From the NCBI RefSeq assembly GCF_009914755.1, contig NC_060947.1: a stretch of DNA of 64,000 nucleotides. The stretch is one strand, 5' to 3'. The stretch's first letter is position 1. Every line of letters begins with the position of its first letter. Below the pieces are notes generated by a model. The model saw only the letters and a program-made list of their open reading frames with translations, did no database searches and had not been told where the DNA came from. The translations under genes were made by a program, and so were the position numbers. Source of the DNA: the human T2T-CHM13v2.0 reference genome, Homo sapiens. Below are positions 58,265 through 64,000 of this stretch, piece by piece.

Positions 58265-59307
58265 CCACCCTACGTGCATATATATATATATATATGGTAT
58301 ATATATATATATACCACATATATATATATATATATACTATATATGGTATATATATATATATATACCACATATATATATATATATATATACTATATATGGT
58401 ATATATATACTATATATGGTATATATATATATGGGGTATATATATATGAATAGGGGTGTATATGTAATATGTGTAATGTGTATAATGTGTATTATATGTA
58501 TAATGGGAGATTACAAAGTGTGTGTGTGTAGGTATATATACCCCCTACCAACACACACACACACACACAGGTATAATGTGCATTACATGTATAATGGGAG
58601 ATTTTAAAGTGTGTGTGTATTTTAATGTGTGTGTGTGTGTAAAATACACACACACACATTAAAATCTCCCATTAGTTCTGCCTTTTCGTTGAAGGCTGAT
58701 GATACAGATTTCAACATTGAGATCGGGTTCCCACTACACCAGGGGCTAAGGAAGAGTATGTGTGATATGTCTAGAGAGCTTCTTAGTCCTCCCGTGTTTT
58801 TCGATTAGAGTTAATGGAAGATCACAGCAACCCCATCCAGGCAGGACATCTAATGGTTCAGACTCTTCCGTAATGAAGGTTTGAGTCATCCTGCCAGGCC
58901 AAGCATCATGACCAACTGACATGCTATCTCAGGGCAAAGGGAATGTGAAATGGGTAGCGAAAGAACGTAGTGATAAATACCAGCTACAACACTGTGAGCT
59001 GCTGCAGAAACCACGACTGTAATAGTATTTACCTAATGGGTTAATAATATCTACCAGCACAGGTGGGAATACAAAATAACCAAAACACAAGTTATCCTTT
59101 CAAATAAAATGCTTTGGGAAAAAGAACATCTTTTACTAACAGAAATTTCTTAGCCTCTGGAAGGCTATTTGATTCGGTAACATATGCCAGGAGACTTCAG
59201 CAATATCCTGCTCCATTGTAGAAAACAGCAATCTGATCCTTTTCTCTCCTCAATCATTAACGAGATTATGCATTTGGGGTGTGATAATCCTCCAGGGACA
59301 AGTATTC

Positions 59308-62300
59308 TCAAATCATACGTTTCAGTTTCTTCTTAAGGTGCTTAACAAAGTCTCGTCTCATACATCTGAAAAGAAAGAGACATGTCATTAACCAAAAGAT
59401 AGCTAAAGAACCTATGCTGTAGGAAGCGCTGTGACAGATAGAAAGATGAAGTAACAGTCAGCATGGAAATAGAAATGTATCTGCATGGTAAGAGGCAGTC
59501 TAGCCGGCATAACAAATGCTGGCAAGGGTGTGGAGAAAAGGGAACCTTCATACACTGTTGGTGAGAATATAAATTACTACAACAACTAACTATGAAGAAC
59601 AGTTTGGAGGTTCCTCAAACAACTAAAAATGGAGCTATCATATGATCCAGCAATCCCACTGCTGGGTATATACCCAAGAGAAAGGAAGTCAGTGTACCGA
59701 ACAGATATCTGCACTCCCATGTTTGTTGCAGCACCATCCACAGTAGCCAAGATTTGGAAGCAACCTAAGTGTCCACTAACACATGAATGGGTAAAGAAAA
59801 TATGGTACATATACACCACAGAGTACTGTTTAGCCATAAAAAAAAGAATGAGATTCAGTCATTTGCAACAACACGGATAGAACCGAAGGTCCTTATGTTA
59901 AGTGAAATAAGCCAGGCACAGAAAGACAAACTTCACATGTTCTCACTTATTTTTGGGAGTAAAAGTGTAAAACAACTGAACTAATGGAGATAGAGAGTAG
60001 AATGACAGTTACCAGAGGCTACAAAGGTTAGTGGGGGTGGAGGGTGTGGGAAGTGGGGATGATTAATACGTAGAAGTATGGAATAAATAAGATGTCGTAT
60101 TTCATAGCCCAACAGGGTGACTATAGTCGGTAATAATTTAATTGCACATTTAAAAATAATGAAGAGTATAATTGTATTCTCTGTAACGCAAAGGATAAAA
60201 GCTTGAGGTGATAGAAACCCCACTTACCTTGATGTGATTATTACACATTGTTGTCTGTATCACAATATCTCATATAGCCCAGAAATATATGCATCTGCTA
60301 TGTGCCTACACAAATTTTTTAAAAAGAGGTAGTCTAGCAAATACAAAGAGTGTCAATTGAGGGACAATGCGCACCTCAGACTATGGTGAAAATGGAAGTC
60401 TCCATAGTCTTCGAAGAATGAGTTACACTCAGATAACATTAGCCTAAGTAACTGTGGAGACAGCCATAACTGTGAGTGAGGACCAGGGTTTGAGAAACGC
60501 AAGGCAGGGGCTGTTCCCCAACGCTCACCCCCAGTGCTCTATTGAGCCCAAGTGCTTAAAGAAATTGGACAGTTCCTATTTCTACCCACCTTGCTGCTTC
60601 CTTGATGATGGATTCAAAAAATCGCTTCCTGACTGCAGTAGGTCCTTGCACTCCTTCAAGCATTTCGAAGATTTTTTCATATTCTGAAGATGTTGAAAAA
60701 AAAAAAACTTCAGTATTATCAAATATAAAGAAGAATAGAAGTGAATCTACACCTCAGCAATCATGCTTCAGAGGCTGAAATGTTTTAAATGCTTAAATCA
60801 AGATACCTGCACATACAAAACCTAAATAATAAAAAAGACACCTGCACATACATACGAATGTAACTCCTTTAACCATAACCAAGTAAGAAAAGAAAAAGAA
60901 AAAATGTACATGCTTTAGTCAAAGAAAAGAGGAACCACCATAAATTATGTGCAATCTCAACTCTGGCAAAGAATGAAACTCAACAGGCAACATGAATATC
61001 TTCTGAATCATAGAAAGAGAGACTTCCTATAGTTTTATAAAACAGACATTCTTATATTACTTACTTTGTCCAACGCATCGGAGTTCCTTCACTAATTTAC
61101 GTTTTATATCAGCATTAATTTCTCGTTGGCTTTTGGGAGAGGAGGCTGTTTCTCTGCATTCTAGGTCATCTCCAGAGAAACTGCTGGTAACGTTTCCTCC
61201 CACAGGTGCATTGCTACCAGGTTTCTGCATCATCCTATCTTTGCTGAAACCAGTGAAGTCATCAATCTGAGAATCCAATTGGCTGGGTGGAATAGCATGT
61301 CCTGTCATAAGCTCTGGTGAAACAGATTTTGAGTAAAAGCCATCAGTTGGTGTTTGACCACTTTCTTTCCCCTCCACATAGACCTCATGAATGACAGCTC
61401 TGGAAATCAAACTGAGAAGCTGAGCTGTGAGATATGTGTGTTTCATCACCCCTCTGGGTACATCTATGTGCTCCTCAGTTTCTAGGGAATTATTTATTTC
61501 ATAAATGGGAGGATACACCAGGGAGAAATCCCAGGCCTGACAAACGGAGGCCAGGACACATAATACAATAAAACCACCTCTTATTTTCTGGCCCTATGAA
61601 TAGACATGGAAACCAAGTAAGGCAGTACAACTCTAAAGCAACATTCACAGATCCCTGGTACTCATGGGACAGTTTCAGCTTGTTATGCTTTACAAGTTGA
61701 AAGCAGCAAGTCTCACTTGATATCATGATTTCTCAAATTCACTTACAAACTGCCATGTTTTACTAAGCTGGAAGCCAGACAACTTGGACACACCTCAACC
61801 AGCCTCCTCTCTACATCAAACATATTCTGAGAAAATAGAGGTGGCCATTACTGCTGAAAGTTCTATATGTACTCCATCAACAAAAAATCCCTTTTAGTGT
61901 ATGATTTTCCTCATCCTTCCTTTCTGTCTCACAAAAGTGACTTTCTTTTCACTCCAGGTCTGACACCTCTCATTTATTCATCGTCTGTGGCAGGCAGCGT
62001 GCCGGTAGCTGGGGATCAGCAGTAAACAGCCCAGAGAGCAACGTTCCCTGCCCTTGTGGAGCTCACATCCTCATGGGGCGGTCAGACAGTACGTGCACAA
62101 TGAGCAAATGAAACATACAGTGTTGGGCTAGTGGTAAGGAAGCAGTCCACAGGCCTGTGGGCAACAGCAGCAGAGGGAGCCCCAGGAGCTGCTGCTGGTT
62201 GGGCAGAGCCTTCTGTGGAGGTACCCTTGGGCAGGGCTTGAAGGAGAAAGCAGAGCTGCCTGCGCAGAGGCAGAGGGGGAGTTCCAGGTTGCGGTGAGGC

Positions 62301-63401
62301 CAAGGATATGGGCTGGAGTGGGGATGGACCGGGCACTACGGGGTGAAGGACAGTAGCAGAGAGAGTCAGGAGATGATGGGGCCCGTGTGAGGAGAGGGTG
62401 ACGGAGGCCAGGCCACGCAGAACCTCGCAGACCAAAGCTGCTTCGCAGTCGGTTCTGAGTGCTTAGGAGTGTTGAGGATGGGTGTTCAGGAGCGACATGG
62501 CATCACGTGATTTACATGCCAACATCATGACCCGGCTGCAGGGTTGGAGGGTATGTGTTTGATGCGGGAAATAATGGGAAACATGGAGGTATCTCAGGAG
62601 CTCAGTGATTGATCGTGGCAGAGTGGAATAGAAGGAGGGAGAGAGATGCTGGGGTTCAGGAATTTTTTACAGTATTTAGAGAAGAGAAGACAAAGAAATG
62701 TAGAAAAAAACAATGATGGGGTCGGGGGCGGTGGCTCGTGCGTGTAATCCCAGCACTTTGGGAGGCTGAGGTGGGTGGATCACCTGAGGGGGGGAGTTCC
62801 AGACCAGCCTGGCCGACATGGCGAAACCCCATCTCTACTAAACTTACAAAAATTAGCTGGGTGTGGTGGCTGGTGCTTGTAATCCCGCTACTCGGGAGGC
62901 TGCGGCAGAAGAATCACTTGAACCCAGGAGACGGAGATTTCAGTGAGCCGAGATCGCGCCACTGCACTCCAGCCTGGCTGAGAAGAGCGAAAGTCCATCT
63001 CAAGAAAAAAATGATAGGGATTCACCAATACGGACAAGAAATTAAAAAAAAAAAAAGATTGTCGGAAATGGAAATCCTAGAAGGTTTTCATGAAGAAGCG
63101 AGTGAACAACTGTCAAATGCTGCTGAGAAGTTAATGGCAATGTCAGCCGAAACTGTTAACCTTGACAAGGACAGTTTCTCTGGAGGGGATGAGGCAGGAG
63201 CATGAGGAGGACGTGAGGACAGGCTTACTTACTCTTTTCTTTGGACATGGCAGAGCCTGCAATAAGGCTGTCTCCTGCTCCTTGTTTCCTTGCCAACAGG
63301 GCCATCCTCTGCCTTTTCTGATACGAAGGACTGTCACATTCCCTGGGACGTTTAAACACAGTTTCAGGATCTACAGCCACCTTCTCTGTTTTATCGGTCA
63401 T
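59308..63401 (-). CDS. CT45A: CT45A family, copy 3, inverted (coding exons 63401-63233, 61313-61065, 60683-60590, 59365-59308)
   Basis: Reverse complement of copy 1 (coordinate sum 63895) with splice sites intact. Codon 55 is GAA (SKEKK) rather than GCA (SKAKK). Exon 1 lies beyond the window end. Confidence 0.95.
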
Positions 63402-64000
63402 TGTTTCCTGAAAAACATCAATGAATATATTCTATTCATGACAAAAATCTAACAATCACAAAATGGCAAGCAATCTGCATATGTGTATACAACCAAGACT
63501 TTGAATCATTAATTTCACTTTTAATCATGAGCCAAGATTTACCAAGTCTCAACAAACACTCTGTTCTCAGGAAAAGAAACCTAATTTTAATGTACACAAA
63601 GTAAAACAGAAGAAAGATGGTATAACCAAATCAATCAGAATGCTTGTGGAATAAGCAGCTGTCATCAACCAAAAATAGATAAAAATATTATTACCTATTT
63701 GAAGATGTATAAGCCAATCTGTATTAACCCTTATTAGAAAAAATGGATGTATAAACCAATCTGTATTAACCCTTATTATACATTATATTTTAAATTATAT
63801 ATTATATATCATATATATTTAATATATAAGTATTTATGCTTATATATTCAAATAGATGCATAAACCAACGTGTATTAACCCTTATTAGGAACCCTTATTA
63901 GAAGATTGATACAAAACTGATAACAACATCTGACAAGGAATTTAGAAGAATGAAAAACTACAAGATCAAGCCAAAAATACAAGCCAAGATCACCCCGAAC

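Overview
Human (hominid) X-chromosome ampliconic DNA from the CT45 cancer/testis antigen cluster (Xq26.3). The window holds three intact spliced CT45A copies, each encoding 189 aa. Two are on + in a 17,265-bp tandem arrangement (CDS 494-4587 and 17759-21852) and one is on - (63401-59308). Copies 2 and 3 lie tail-to-tail on the arms of a large palindrome: the left arm runs from 17160 or earlier to 33569, the right arm from 47435 to beyond 64000, and the spacer is about 13.9 kb. Each arm carries an L1-interrupted MGAT2 pseudogene, and a third truncated MGAT2 fragment follows copy 1. The spacer contains an orphan, diverged CT45 promoter/exon 1/intron 1, an orphan CT45 3' flank, a HERV-K (HML-6-like) pol remnant with LTR3-type LTRs, and a one-sided LTR13 insertion that marks the edge of arm homogenisation. 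The rest is Alu, L1, MLT/ERVL and microsatellite sequence, and nearly all listed ORFs are repeat-derived. No prokaryote-type system is present. Family assignments are from recalled sequences, not database searches.
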